Position numbers and translations under genes: made by a program. Of a DNA stretch of 64,000 nucleotides, positions 1 to 12,700 are shown piece after piece. The notes beneath the pieces were generated by a model. It did no database searches and was not told the origin of the DNA. It was given only the letters and a program-made list of their open reading frames with translations. Position 1 is the stretch's first letter; each line of letters begins with the position of its first letter. Origin of the DNA: Tubulanus polymorphus (lineage: Eukaryota > Animalia > Nemertea); NCBI RefSeq assembly GCF_964204645.1, contig NC_134027.1, forward strand, positions 19,244,560 to 19,308,559, given 5' to 3'.

Positions 1-214
1 TTAAGTTTATGTTTCATGCATTGGGCTTTTGGTTAAACCATCAACACATAGGCCTATGCAATTTCTATGCTGAATGTAGTTCTCCATCAATTTGATTGGA
101 TTGTCGGATGACATCTGTGTTTCAGCCAGTCAAACTTCAGTCCTGACATACATGTAATATAGGCCCTATACTGTACATTGATTTTGTATGAAATATATTT
201 ATAAACTTATGTAT

Positions 215-244
215 TGTTTTTAATTTCATATTTTTCAGGTAAGC
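215..244 (+). promoter_or_regulatory. Juxtaposed 3' and 5' splice sites (candidate recursive-splicing ratchet point)
   Basis: TGTTTTTAATTTCATATTTTTCAG|GTAAGC with the junction at 238/239. Confidence 0.55.
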
Positions 245-3200
245 TCTTAACATTTAACAAGAATATCGTGTAGAAGATTGAGGTAACATTTAAAGCCTGA
301 ATACATCATTGCGAGCTCATTAAAATAGTACATACGATTGGAAAATTGCCAAATTTGAAACGCATACCGCTGGATCCCCCAATAATGATCCACTTTCACA
401 GCTGAGAATCGAATCTAAGTAATGTTTTTGATTCGTGAATAGTTCATTTCAATGATTTCGCTCGGTTGAACCCATATGGATGTTATTCAATTCTCGATGT
501 CAGCCCTTCAGAGAAACCAGCGCTGGGCATTATTTCACCCCAGTTTTGGAAGTAGCTGGTTTATGGTAGTGCTCGCTATGCGCACTTTACCGACAAAACA
601 TTAAAAATATGTTTCCTTGAATCTGGGGCCCCATACTAAAGTGTTTTATGTTCATAGATCATTACTGAATGTAGCGATGACGATCACAAAATAGTCATGA
701 ATCTTATACGCATTGATGTTATTGTTGTCGCCTGATGAAAGGCAAAGATATCGTCATCATATTCCTACATTAGTAATAAAAAAGCACAAATCGAATTACT
801 TAATAACGTTATATTTTAACGCATTCAACGGCTGACACTAAAAGGCTGCGCGAAGATTGTGAAGTCATAATTTATCGGTTTTATAATGTAACATCCTCGG
901 ATAAATGATGTTCCTAGTAAAAGCTTTACAAGAGACAAGCACAAGTGTAATAGAGCATTACAACATTAGAGAGTTTTACCTGCTCAATATCAATAATCGA
1001 TAGTCTGTCTGGCCTGGGGATAAGATATTTAAAAAAAGAGAAAATCCCCGGGTCATTTACTTATTTGACAAGATATAACAGGGTGTTTTGCATTCACTTT
1101 GAATAGAAAGCCGGCTATATACGATATTTTCGCAGCATGGGAAAGTCTTGATTTAGAATATTTTCATCATAGATCTAAACCCTCTTGTTGTCGGATTAAT
1201 TTTCAACAATGTACCACTCAGACCCAAAGTTCTCATAATTGCAGTATAAATAGGAGTCATTTTCCAATGGCTACAGCTCAATATAGCGTGATTCAATTTT
1301 TGATAGGGATTATATAAACCTTTCAAACGATGTAAACATTTTCAGTATAGGCTGTAGTTGGTCCACTGGGGGATCATTAACTTTTTGATTCACTTTCACT
1401 TCCGGGGTTGAACTCCAATCAGCCTCGGCAATATAGTGACTATCATCGAAAACAGAATATGCAAAGACGTCTCTAATATCAGAATTACAAGAGGGTTAAT
1501 GAAAATTTTCAAAGTAAATGATAATAACTTAAATAAAATGTAGATTCTTATCAGTTCTTTATGGGCTAGATAAGTAGCGATAGAAATATTTGAGGCCTTT
1601 CAATTTGTGCTTTAGAGATCTTGCAGCCATGTGGTTTTTTTAGGGTACTACGCCATATTGGTGGTCCAATGTAATTAGTGATTTACATGACAGACCCTCT
1701 AAGTTTGTAAATCCCCCTGATCTTCTTTTGTTGTTAGGACAGTCCTGTGTAAAGAACTATGATTACTGTCGTCTTGTCAAAAAATTCTCAAATGACTGGA
1801 TAAAGTCCAATTCAGACACAGTAGTATAGCACCCTGAGATTTCCGCCTCGCAAGCCCAGGGTAACTACGTAAAAAATCCTTAAGTCGACGATCAGGAACC
1901 AACGACGAGAAAACGTTCTTAAAACTTCAAACCGTGAATTTTACTTTATTTTCTTCAATATATCGGAGAGACGAGGCTGGACATCCAACCCCCTCAAAAG
2001 CTACAACTGAATCTCTGATTTCTTTCAACACATTTTGAACTGGATGCTATTACATAAGACATCAAGGGTGGCAGAGACCAGAAGGCAGTTATCAAAACAA
2101 TACAAACTGACTGACACTTCAAGTACATTTCTAAAACAAACAAACAGTCCAACACTCCAAAACTGATTGCCATCCTGCCCCCTTAGTAACATCGATGAAA
2201 ATAAGACAATATTTGCAAAATAAGAAATAGAATTCATAACTAGACCTAAAAATGCTCTGTTAATTTAGACTAAATTTAGTTAAATATCTACGGTGTTATA
2301 GCAGTTTTGAAGGATTTAGAATTCTTGTGAGAATGCAACTGTTCGATGAGCTAGTTAAAGATTTCTTTATGATGACCAGCAATTTTCACTTAATGATCAA
2401 GTGTAGTCCACAATAGCTTTAGTTTTTAACGATAGATAATGTAACATAAACACATGATAATCATTCTTGAGAAATTTTAGCTGTAATGAGTGATGGATTA
2501 CTGAAATATCAATGTTTGAAAAGTGTAAATTTGAAGGAACTTTCACACCGTGTAGTTCATCTGACACCTATGTAGATCATACTGATGATGACGTAGGGCT
2601 ACTTGCTGCATTTAAGCCAGCGCGAACTTCTAGTTTAATGTTGATATTTATGGTATTCAAAATTTTAGTTATCCCAGTTCATCTTAAAAAGATGCTTTTT
2701 ATGCATTGTACATTCATCAGCTTGCGGTATGTCTCTCAGAGGGAAACTACTGATACTCTTAAAATCTCGTCATCGCGTTTACCTTGCCGGCTACCACGCT
2801 ACTGCGCCTATTGATGGTAGAAAAATTATTTCCTATCTTGATTATATTTAAATGATTACAGTTTTAATGAAAATAATGATGATACCAATACATAATCATG
2901 AATTCATTTGGCACGAGTAGGAAAAATCTTACCCAGATAACATGTGTTCAATGCACGTTGCATTCACTGTATAGCCCGTGTGACGTCACATGCATAGCGA
3001 ATGGTAATAGCGCGGTCAAAAAATTCGAGCGCCTGTTATTCATTTTTCATACGCGTGCGTTTAGCAAAAGAATTACATTTTTCATTTCACTTTTGAATAA
3101 GATCATGATAAGAATTTTTATGAATGGGCTACACTTGAACTTTATAGAGGGAAGCAGGGTATGGCGACGCAAGTGATTGACAATTCTATTTGAGTTGTGT

Positions 3201-4330
3201 TTTATTGACCTAAATCGTGTCAATAAAGACTGAATAAAACAAATGAATGATGTAAGGAAAGGTTACAGAAAATTTGAATTCGTTTGCAATTCAACGGCTG
3301 ACCTTTCGTCTAAACCTGATTATTCGAAGGCCAGTCTTCCAACTCTGCTGGACACACGCCTGACACAATATTGATTACTACTTAGATACTACACGCCTGG
3401 CACATTTTTAATTACCCCGCGGAATCTCGTAATTATGCGCAAAATACAGCCTTTAGATCGATTTCCAAATTATGTATGATATATCGGATACTGGGGGTAA
3501 GTAAAAGGCGTCTTGTAGCAAAATATCGAATAGTTTTTGTATGATCATGTTAAAAACTAACTGCTGTATAATTCATATTTCTATCTTGGAGTATACGGCA
3601 GAGAAACTGCAGCTGCTATTTCTGCTTAATGGAAAAAAAAATTGACTATTGTACAAGTCACTCAAGACACCCCGCTTGCCAGAGTAAGATGGTGTAAGAT
3701 GAATTTTTCATCCACCTCGGGTTACAACAGTACGACTAATGGATTTTAAATTTGTCACGAGGATGCCGGTAAAGTCGAGCAGATTTATCTAGTATGACAG
3801 CATTGAAATGATTAGAATTGTTGCGGTAATTTTGCAATTATTGACTTCCAGATTTTATCAATTAAACGACATCAGTCTGCCATGGGTGTGGTGAATAAAA
3901 CACCTATGTAGGTAGACGGGAATATTATTGTGTTATCGACTTGATACTATTTTATGCTTTAAGCTTGCCACACATGTAATATATATCTAGTATTGTTTTT
4001 CCATATAAATTTATACAGCAAATTCTACATTTTTCGTGGATTGTATCATAGAATTTGCCCTGAAAGACGACTACAATCGTCGTTTTAATTTCGATCTGCG
4101 ACATTTGGATCAGCAGAATTCATTTTCTTTCTCCCTCCTTTGTCACTATTTTATCTCTCTCCAAATCTTATCTCAATCCCTTGCTCTCTTCCTCTCCTTC
4201 CCTCCCTCTTTGATATAATTAATTCGCTAGCTGGTACGAGTTTCTGTTACATTAAGCGATTCTTGCCTTTAGATTCCATTTTCGTTTCGTTCCTATGAGA
4301 CCCATTCATCATGAACTCACGTCTTTACAG

Positions 4331-4354
4331 CTCCGGGTATCGTAACCGGCGAAG
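4331..4354 (+). CDS. Candidate 24-nt microexon of an unidentified host gene
   Basis: ACTCAC branch-like motif, TCTTTACAG acceptor and AAG|GTGAGT donor. Open in phase 1 (xPGIVTGEx) and phase 2 (xSGYRNRRx). Long pyrimidine-rich upstream region. Confidence 0.5.
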
Positions 4355-5148
4355 GTGAGTTATGTTGAAATCCCCTCTTGGTAAGTCTAATTTATCATCG
4401 TGCGCTGGACAGCTTCTTTCCTTCGGCTAAGTTTCCAATTGAATATCGTTTTGTCCACCTATCCGCTTAACTTGCATCGTTGAAGAATTCATCAAACCCG
4501 GGTTTATTCTCTTCAACAACAACTTTTCATATTCATAAATGAAATATTGCCGACCTTATCTTGATTTATTAGAAATCAAATTCGCTGAACACAGTAGAAG
4601 ACTGATATTTCAACCTCACAAAGTTTTCACTATTCAGATTCTATTGGAGAGTTGCTGAAAAATGCTCGGGAAGATTGGGGGTAATTCATCGGACCTCATC
4701 TCACTTGGTTGATGATTTTAGTTACAAGAGAAACTAGTTATATGGCGCAGTGGATTAATGAATGGTTACACGCGAATTAGTAAAAAGATTTTTCATGGAA
4801 TATGTGTATCAAGATATGTTTTTAAGGTTCATGTGTCTGAAGGCAGCACAGCTTGTGGATAACCGGGATATTGTAGATATCTTCGTTATTTAGCATTTCA
4901 TGTTTATTAGTTACTAGAACATATAGGAAATGTTACATTCCTTGATTCTACACTGAGCATTTTAACACTGTATGTACTTAGAGAAGCACCAGTTGATATA
5001 TCGTATATGTACATAAATTGTGGATACCCCTTTGCCCGAAGGCCCTACCAAAAAGGGAAAATCATGGTTCATGGATGGCTTCTAGACATAGACTTACACA
5101 AGTGACTGTTTATTTGAATAGAAGAGAAACAAATTTTTCTTCTATGGA

Positions 5149-5179
<31 letters not shown>
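5149..5179. repeat. (GAT)n microsatellite
   Basis: Direct reading. Confidence 0.95.
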
Positions 5180-6956
5180 GGATTATAGATTGAAGAAGAA
5201 GATTGCTGCGATTGCATCGTTTTATGTATAGGCCTACAACAAAAAGCAAATGTTTGAATATATGGTACGTGGTTCAGTATTTGATCAGTGAAATGGCTGC
5301 TTGTTTCTGCTGTACACTGACGCCCACGTTCCCGGAGTGTTGACCATGCACGCATCAGCTCGATGACATACAGAGAAACTTCGCTGCAAAATCCAGTTTT
5401 TATTATTATACCACTTAATATCGTGATGGCTATAGCAAGCAGTCAATTGTAATGGTACAAGTGAATGTAGCACTTGTCCAGTCGCTAATGGCTCTCGCAC
5501 TCTCACAATCTCTCTTGTTCTTGGTTTTTTGCTGCCTCCCATCGATGAAACTCTTCACGAAAAGAGCGACGTTTAATTTACTGTTGTGAAGTTCGCGTTG
5601 CAGCGGACAAATTCAATTTAGCAGAAATGTTCTCGGTATAGCGTGTTCTGGGGCATGTTTTACTTTTTGTCCTGAAATACAAGGGTTGGTTCATTATTTT
5701 TTGGTCAAACGTAGGTTTGAATTGAACTCAACGCTGGGTTCCTCGTTGGGGCCCTGTTTTAAAAGGATCAACTCTCAAATTGTTTCACCATGAACTGAGT
5801 TAATGAAGAAATTTAATCGATTTTTGGAATTTCCATTATGTGTGGAGGTTTTTTAAGGAAGTTAGTTGTTCGCCTCTTTGACAGTCTATGCACTTCATTG
5901 TTTCTTTCTGCCTATTCTGATCTGCTCATGACTTGGCAGGAGTTGTATTTTTTACAAGATTTAGTATCAATGCGCATGCGTTTAGTACATATTATGATCG
6001 ACAATTGTGGCAGGTGCAGTGTGTGAAGCCGTGTAGTTGTTGCTTGTATGCGGGAAACAGTTTTCAGCGTCATTGTCGCCAATAAATTGATGCAGCATAC
6101 TTGTGTGGCCTGCTGAAAAAAGGTATCGCAATAAAGGAATCCAAAATCTCTGGGTTTTCCACACGAAAATATTACACGTTTGGAGCCGTGGAACATGACG
6201 AAATCAATTGCTTTCTTGAAGGTCAAGGTGGCGATAGGCCTATGGCTGGAATGGATAAAGCCTGTCTGAAAATCGAAATAACAATTTTGAAACTCGGTTT
6301 TGTTCAAGAGAACGAAACAGTTTAAGACCAGTGCAGTATCACCTGCAGTTATAGGTTCTTTATTTCGCCGAGGGTTCGGTTGTATAAAAGCAGGAGCCAA
6401 TCCTATTTTTTATTTATTATTGATGATAGAAATGACCGTTGACTTGACGCGCTCGACCGTTATGTTGATGCATCGGCGTCCGAAATTTCTAAATGAATTA
6501 TGTATGAAAATGCAAGCGATGAATACAGAGAGGGGAGAAAGAGGCAGAGAGGAGTGAGGAGAGAGAGAGAATGTTATTGATACAGAAACTAAGCAAAGTG
6601 GATATCAGCAATCAACTGAGTAGTAGTATAACAGTTATAAAAACGACTGAGCTTATTTGCTGCTCTATATGTCTGCCACTCCCGGGACAATTTAGATACA
6701 TCTCTCGAAATAAGTGAAGGCTACTGCAGCAGCTATGCTTCTACGAATTTCCGAAGTACAGTATAGACTCAGATTTTCCAGTTGATAATGACTGCCAGAT
6801 CAAGCGGCAAAACCAGACAATTATACGCTGAAAAAGATGGAGTTAGTGGTCATAAGATGGAGTAGGAGATCAAATATTTTTGATACTTCATGGGCCCGGT
6901 TTAGTCAGCAGCAACTTGCCCGAATGTTTGTTTGCCTTTAATCGGGGTTGAAGCTG

Positions 6957-7771
6957 CGGTGGGCGAAAACCACCAAAATATAGCAGAAAGATGATGAAAA
7001 GATGGTGAAATGATGATAAATTGATAATGAAAAGATGGTAATAAGACTAAAGATTGTTCAACAATGATGTAATATGATAAAAGATAAAAAAGTGAAAAGA
7101 TGGAATGGTGAAATGACCAATAGTTGATGATAAAAAGATAAAATGATGGAAGTTGATAGTTAAAAGGCTATGATGCACCAGCATGTAGCAATATTTGTTG
7201 TTACATATAATAAGTGATAGAGACAACAACTTATCATAGAACTCGAATGTGGTGTGATGTATTTGAAACCAGGATGTTTTGCTGAACCAGCAATGCTGGC
7301 ACATCATTATTCATATCAAAATATGAGACACATGTCATGATGCATTTTTTGTTTTTTACACAAATATACAGCATTAATTAACCTCGCAAGTGTGTATGGA
7401 AGCTGAATGGATTGCCTGCATGATGAGTGTCAATGGGCCGGGACTGACTCAGTTCTCTGGCTCCAATTTATACCCACCATGACCTTTTCATGGACTTATC
7501 TAGCATTTGAATCGGGGTGATGGGCAGTTTCTCCATGAGTTTCCTATGACAATATTATTTGCATTAAGGGTACTCTCCCAAAGTTTATGGGGGGAGGCGC
7601 TTGAAAATGTACCAAATCATTAAATGTGTAAAAAGTATCAGCTTGTGATCAATGATCTCGTAAGTTGTATTTCATCGTTTCGCCTTTTTATCTTAAGTCT
7701 TATTATCATCTTTTCATCATCATTTCATCATCTTTCAAAGTATGGTATATTTTGGTGGTTTTCGCCCACCA
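6957..7771. mobile_element. Tc1/mariner-like MITE with subterminal GATGA(A) arrays
   Basis: Perfect 25-bp inverted repeat GGTGGGCGAAAACCACCAAAATATA (6958-6982 and 7746-7770). Flanks TG and TA are consistent with a TA TSD. Degenerate AAAGATGATGAAA arrays lie in opposite orientation inside each end. Confidence 0.82.
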
Positions 7772-9299
7772 TATTAAGTGGGCAGGCTTAAATCGCATAT
7801 CAGTAGCTGAAAAGTGTACATCGAGCTTTCATTTAAACTACAAGTTGAAATTTTCATTTAGTGTAGCTCTTTAGTTAACCGTAAGTCGTGGAGCTAGCTT
7901 CTGAATGCTGTCTGTATAGAGAATAATAGTACATTTCCGATTAGACAAACAGGTTTACAAATGTGATCAATACCGAATTGTGGGTGGAGTCCTCTCATCG
8001 TAGAATTTCGCGTAATCGCCTTTGCCTACGTTAATTTTGAAAATTGGAAAACGATCCGCGAGACACTTAAATAATGAAGCAATCATGTGAAAATTGTGAA
8101 GTCGATTCCGAGGTTGATTCGCTTACACCGCTATTTATTGCCGCGTATATTCATAGGGTGGTTCCATGTTTAGTTAATTCTCATACACGGCTATTAACTG
8201 GCTTGGTTTATGCGCAATTTCTGCATTTAGCACCTCGTATCGCAGCCCCATTTATCGTCCTCGCAAAAAGCGGTAATGATTTTAGATCGAGTCGCCTGAT
8301 TGGGCGGCGTTCACTCGGAAGGAAAATGTCCGCCACTCCGGAAAACCCAGCGTGAATTGTTTTTAAGCTTGCGCCAGGTTTTCCTCTTGACTGGCACAAA
8401 CTTGGCCCGTGGTTAATGACTGAGCGCACTGTACTCAAACGAGTCGTATCTGGAATAAGTTGCGATTCTAGCGCAATCATTTGTTCCGTGCTAAAATTTG
8501 GCTCGGGCCAAATTTGGTGTCCTTGTGAACAGTTATTCCGGGCCAAATTTAACATGGGCCATGATCACTTCCGTTTTGATCCTTACGTGCAAGTTCATTA
8601 ATTTCTTAACTGCCATAGTTTCATCTCTGAGGAATTATATATTTCGTATGAAAAGCAGGATTAGGGATATGCAGGGTTTTGTTACTTTACAGTCAACACG
8701 AGTCCAGCTCGATGGGATTTAGTATGGATGATCTCTATTGTATCCAAATGGAATGATCACATAGAACAATTTTTATCGGCAAACAGCGTGAAAAAATCTG
8801 CGAAAATATCCATGGCTGGTCAGTTTCATTGACTAGTTTCTAATCTTAGCCTTTGGGCTAATTCAATTTATATTCAATTCAGATGACACCACAGAATAAT
8901 GCTCGGTATGAAACCAGTGGAATGGAAATCATTTGATTATGCGAAAATGGTATACGCATTTAAAAACAGTAGAAATACATATAACCACAATAAGTAATCA
9001 ATTCATCTATATTATTGATAGCTGTGAAGAGACGTTTTAAATTCAGATTCGGCTGGAAGAGTTGAAATAAATGACAATGAATGAATCACTACATGAGAAT
9101 TAAATATAAACCACAAACTGTGGAACTGAATAGAAAAACTGACCCCTAGGGCCAGTTGCAATTGAAGACCAGTCTAAAGGCTGGCTTATGTCGACAAGCA
9201 ACGCGACGCCTACTGACGCAACTGGGTTTATCGCCGATTAGCGGCAACTAGCGGCCTACGAGAGGCCGCCAGTTGCTGCTCTATCGGTTCGACGACATA

Positions 9300-9345
9300 T
9301 TGTATTCTATGCAAATAAATCTATTGAATTAAATTGAATTGAATT
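9300..9345 (+). mobile_element. 46-bp 5'-truncated retroposon 3' tail nested in the Harbinger element
   Basis: AATAAA followed by a (TTGAA)n tail. Flanked by direct repeat GACATA (9294-9299 and 9346-9351). Removing it restores the host motif CGACATAAGC. Confidence 0.75.
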
Positions 9346-9630
9346 GACATAAGCCGGCTTGCGACGGCAACCCGACACCTAGCGACTCGTCGCAAGCCGT
9401 ATCCGGCTAGTTGCCCATGTTCTACTCTGGCCTACGGTAGGCGGACAGTTGCTGTCGATCGCAGCCGACATAAGCTCATCTGCAATGCGACGAAACTGAG
9501 CACAGGGGTTCCAGCCAATGAGAGCCGCATATACATAGTACAAATTATCAACGCTAGTTAGCGTCATTCATAGTTAGTCATAAACTTTCAAATTCAACTA
9601 GTTCAAAACGTAAACCAAACCTTCAGCGCG

Positions 9631-9768
9631 GCAGAGGACTGGACCAAAGATCTAGAAACGAAATTGGTAGAATTATGGTGTGAGCGGCCATCTTTATATG
9701 ATGTCGCTAGCACGTTGTATTCAAAACAGAATCAGAAAGACCAAAGTCTTAAAGAAATAGCTTTCTAA
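9631..9768 (+). pseudogene. MADF (Myb/SANT-like) DNA-binding domain fragment, probably the Harbinger second ORF
   Basis: Translates AEDWTKDLETKLVELWCERPSLYDVASTLYSKQNQKDQSLKEIAF*, matching the MADF pattern WT..E..L.E.W...P.LYD.....Y.....K......EIA. No in-frame ATG. Below the ORF-track length cutoff. Confidence 0.8.
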
Positions 9769-12700
9769 TAGAAATATATTTCCTAATAATTCAAATTTAT
9801 TCTCAAAATGCTTATCACGTGACCATTTGAGCTGTTGCAGTTGCTAGTAATTGCAACCGACATAAGCAGGGAAGCAACTGGGAGGATCTCATGTCCCGCT
9901 AGTCGGCCTCAGTTGCTGCAAATCGGAGCGCAGTCGACATAAGCTGGGCTGCGATCGCGGTTGCTCTCAGTTACGTCGGTAGGAGTCGGTAGGCGTCGTG
10001 TTGCTTGTCGACATAAGCCAGCCTTAGGACAGTTCTAAAACAAATCTAACCGCTTATGACCAGTATTAAGATTTAAGACCACTTTTGGACTTAAATCATG
10101 ACTATGCTACTGGGCCCGGGTTACACACATTAGTTTTAGTTTCTCATGACGTCCAAAAGACTTGGAAAACTAGAAAAAAAATCTAAATCTTTTTTTGGCG
10201 CCATGTCTCTTGTTACTTGAAAAAATGTGAAATGTGATGCTGTATATGATATGGATATTTTCACTGAGATCCGGTTATCACGGGAGTTGTCGCTGATCCT
10301 GTTATATTCTCGCAGTTGTGTGAAATAAGTCTATATTTAATTTCCTGATAAAAATCCGTCAGCTATTGACGCCAGTTGAATATTACGCCGATAGGAAATT
10401 AAGCATTCCATGTATAACACGAAAAAACGGAAAGAATATGTACGCATGCATATAATTTGTAAAGTAAATGCAGTCGATTTTTTTTCACCACCCATATAAG
10501 GCTTAATAGCAATGTACTTGCTGGAATCGAAGACAAATGGAGCTTTTTGTTGTTATTAAAGGCAGACACTCTTGACCGTATTGTTGTCGCTCGAGATGTC
10601 AATAACATTCGTCTACACATGATAAGCATTAGTCTTGGCTTAAAGTCGCCTGGGTTTAAGTAGCCTTGTATTAGGAGTAGGGTGTGGGGGGGGGGGGCAG
10701 ATTGTCTTCTTCGAATTGGAATTTCCATTATGCAAAGAAGCTGAGATTTAGGCAGCTTAATAAAAATTATTCATCGGTTGCTGTAGGTTCTAGGGTCATC
10801 ATGTTGAATACCACCTTAGTAACAAGATCATCTTTCGCCTATTTATGTTTATGATGGTAATGATTATTTCACTAGCTCATTAACTGCTGACTTATCGTTC
10901 CTATTGATTTATGAACGGTGCATCAATAAACATTATACGCAATAAAAACAAGAAAATTGTTTTTATATCTGTACAGCCATGATACGAATTGAAAATAATG
11001 ACAAATATTGTTCATTACGTATTAGTGGCGTGGTATATATTTATGCGGTACTTGTATAGAAAGCTAAAGCACTTTCATTTCCTCTGGATGGAAATTGATT
11101 AAGGAAGACAACGCTAATAGGCTTGGATGGCACGCTGGATGCAAATTTAAGTTTTTATATTCTGATGGTTGCGTGCGAAATGCCGTTGGTACGTAGGAAA
11201 TGTTCGGGTTAGCCAATTTCTGCGTTTCACTGATTTAAATCATCATCAATTCCCTTTTGAGAATTGACTTGAGTCCAGCAAAGTCTGTGTTTCAGGTGAT
11301 GGACCATTTTTCATGCTCCATCAAAAGCCATTAGTAACTCTATGAGCTATATGAAGGCTGGTAATCCAAAGTGTTTTTGGCAGCGACAATTCCGCCAATC
11401 ATCAAGAGCTCCTGGTTGGCTTTTTAAACCAGCGAATCGGAATCATTGTTGGTATGGAACAGCGAGTCAGAGCTATCCAATTACAATTTTTGTTATAAAT
11501 GGGCTTCAGTAATTAGATTATTGATTGTAGCCTGTCAAATGCCTAAGAATCAGCACATTTCTGGGTTTGCTAAGATGTACACACAATAAACTCACTTCCT
11601 CTAGATGTGTACCCATTTAGATGCAAGCTATGAACCTAAGTCCTGACCAATCATATTGCCTGATTTGGTCACATGAGGAAAGCGAATCACCACAAGTTCT
11701 ATTTGGACAAGCTCTGTATGAGCAGATCTTGAACTAGGAGTGACATGAATAGGTCATTACAGATCAGATCCATCCAGAATCTAAACGATATCTAATAAAG
11801 ACGAGATGATGGCATACTGAATAACCCTTGCGCGTTTGCCGCGACTGGATATAGCTTTGGGTTAATTATACTTTATAGACAAGTTAGAAAATCAATAAAA
11901 TGCATTGAGCATTTGTTCATTAGCCAGTGTTTATTAGCTGAAATGTATTAATTCGGAGACCTTCGTCTTATAAATATGTGGCTCGTTTTCGTTGATAGAA
12001 AAACCTGATTAGGAAACCAATTCGCACTTGATAAATCTTAATGTACCTTGACAAACACTGCGACATATACGGTGACTCATCCAATAACTGCTCTTTCAGT
12101 ACTTAGCATTCTTGATGTGTCAATGTTTTATGTACGAGTTGGGGCTGCTGTCCATAGTAATTTGTCTAAAAAGGAAGATATGTGCAGAGATAGTCTTTTA
12201 CTGTCGTGTATGTTGATGGGATTTTATTGCCCGTCGAGTGCTGAACTCGCTCGCCAGTGGAATATTGATCGATATTTTCAGAAATGAACGCGGCCACGGC
12301 AGGAAAGTTCAGCATCATTTCACATGGCGATGACGACGGAAAGATGTTTATCAAAATTCTTGCCGATGACGCTGCGTATCGTAGTTAATGTTGAGGGTAC
12401 GGTGTTTTAATCAATCCGTTGTTCAGAGGATACCGTTTCACATTTACGTATTGGAGTCATCTCTGTCTCAGTAGAGGCTGGTTTCGACATGGGTCGTCCT
12501 TTCTCGGCAAGGATTCAAACCGGACTGCATTGTGGGATTTTGTCGCAGAAACAAACCCTGCCTGTTCAGCCAATCAAAAATGATGTTTTATTTCTATTTC
12601 GGGTTATTCTATTTTTGATTATTCATGAATAATTTGTCTTGGCAATTACACAACAGACAATCTGATTGGTGTCATAAACTTCCATGTGTCTAAGGCACAA

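Larger units (their letters stand above)
9178..10024. mobile_element. Non-autonomous PIF/Harbinger-type element, about 850 bp, with internal MADF remnant
   Basis: TIR of about 35 bp, AGGCTGGCTTATGTCGACAAGCAAC.CGACGCCTAC, with its inverse ending at 10024. 3-bp flanks TAA (9175-9177) and TAG (10025-10027). Repeated internal CGACATAAGC motifs. Confidence 0.9.
9149..10117 (-). mobile_element. Short MITE (family A, GGGCCCAGTTG termini) split by the Harbinger insertion
   Basis: Left GGGCCAGTTGCA...AAGACCAGTC and right GAC...TGCTACTGGGCCC. Reverse-complement similarity to copies at 28827, 41065 and 63820 (GGTCTTAGACTGGTCTT core). Confidence 0.75.

Noticed and set aside
5110-5355. Poly-histidine ORF
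   Set aside because: It is the translation of the (GAT)n microsatellite.
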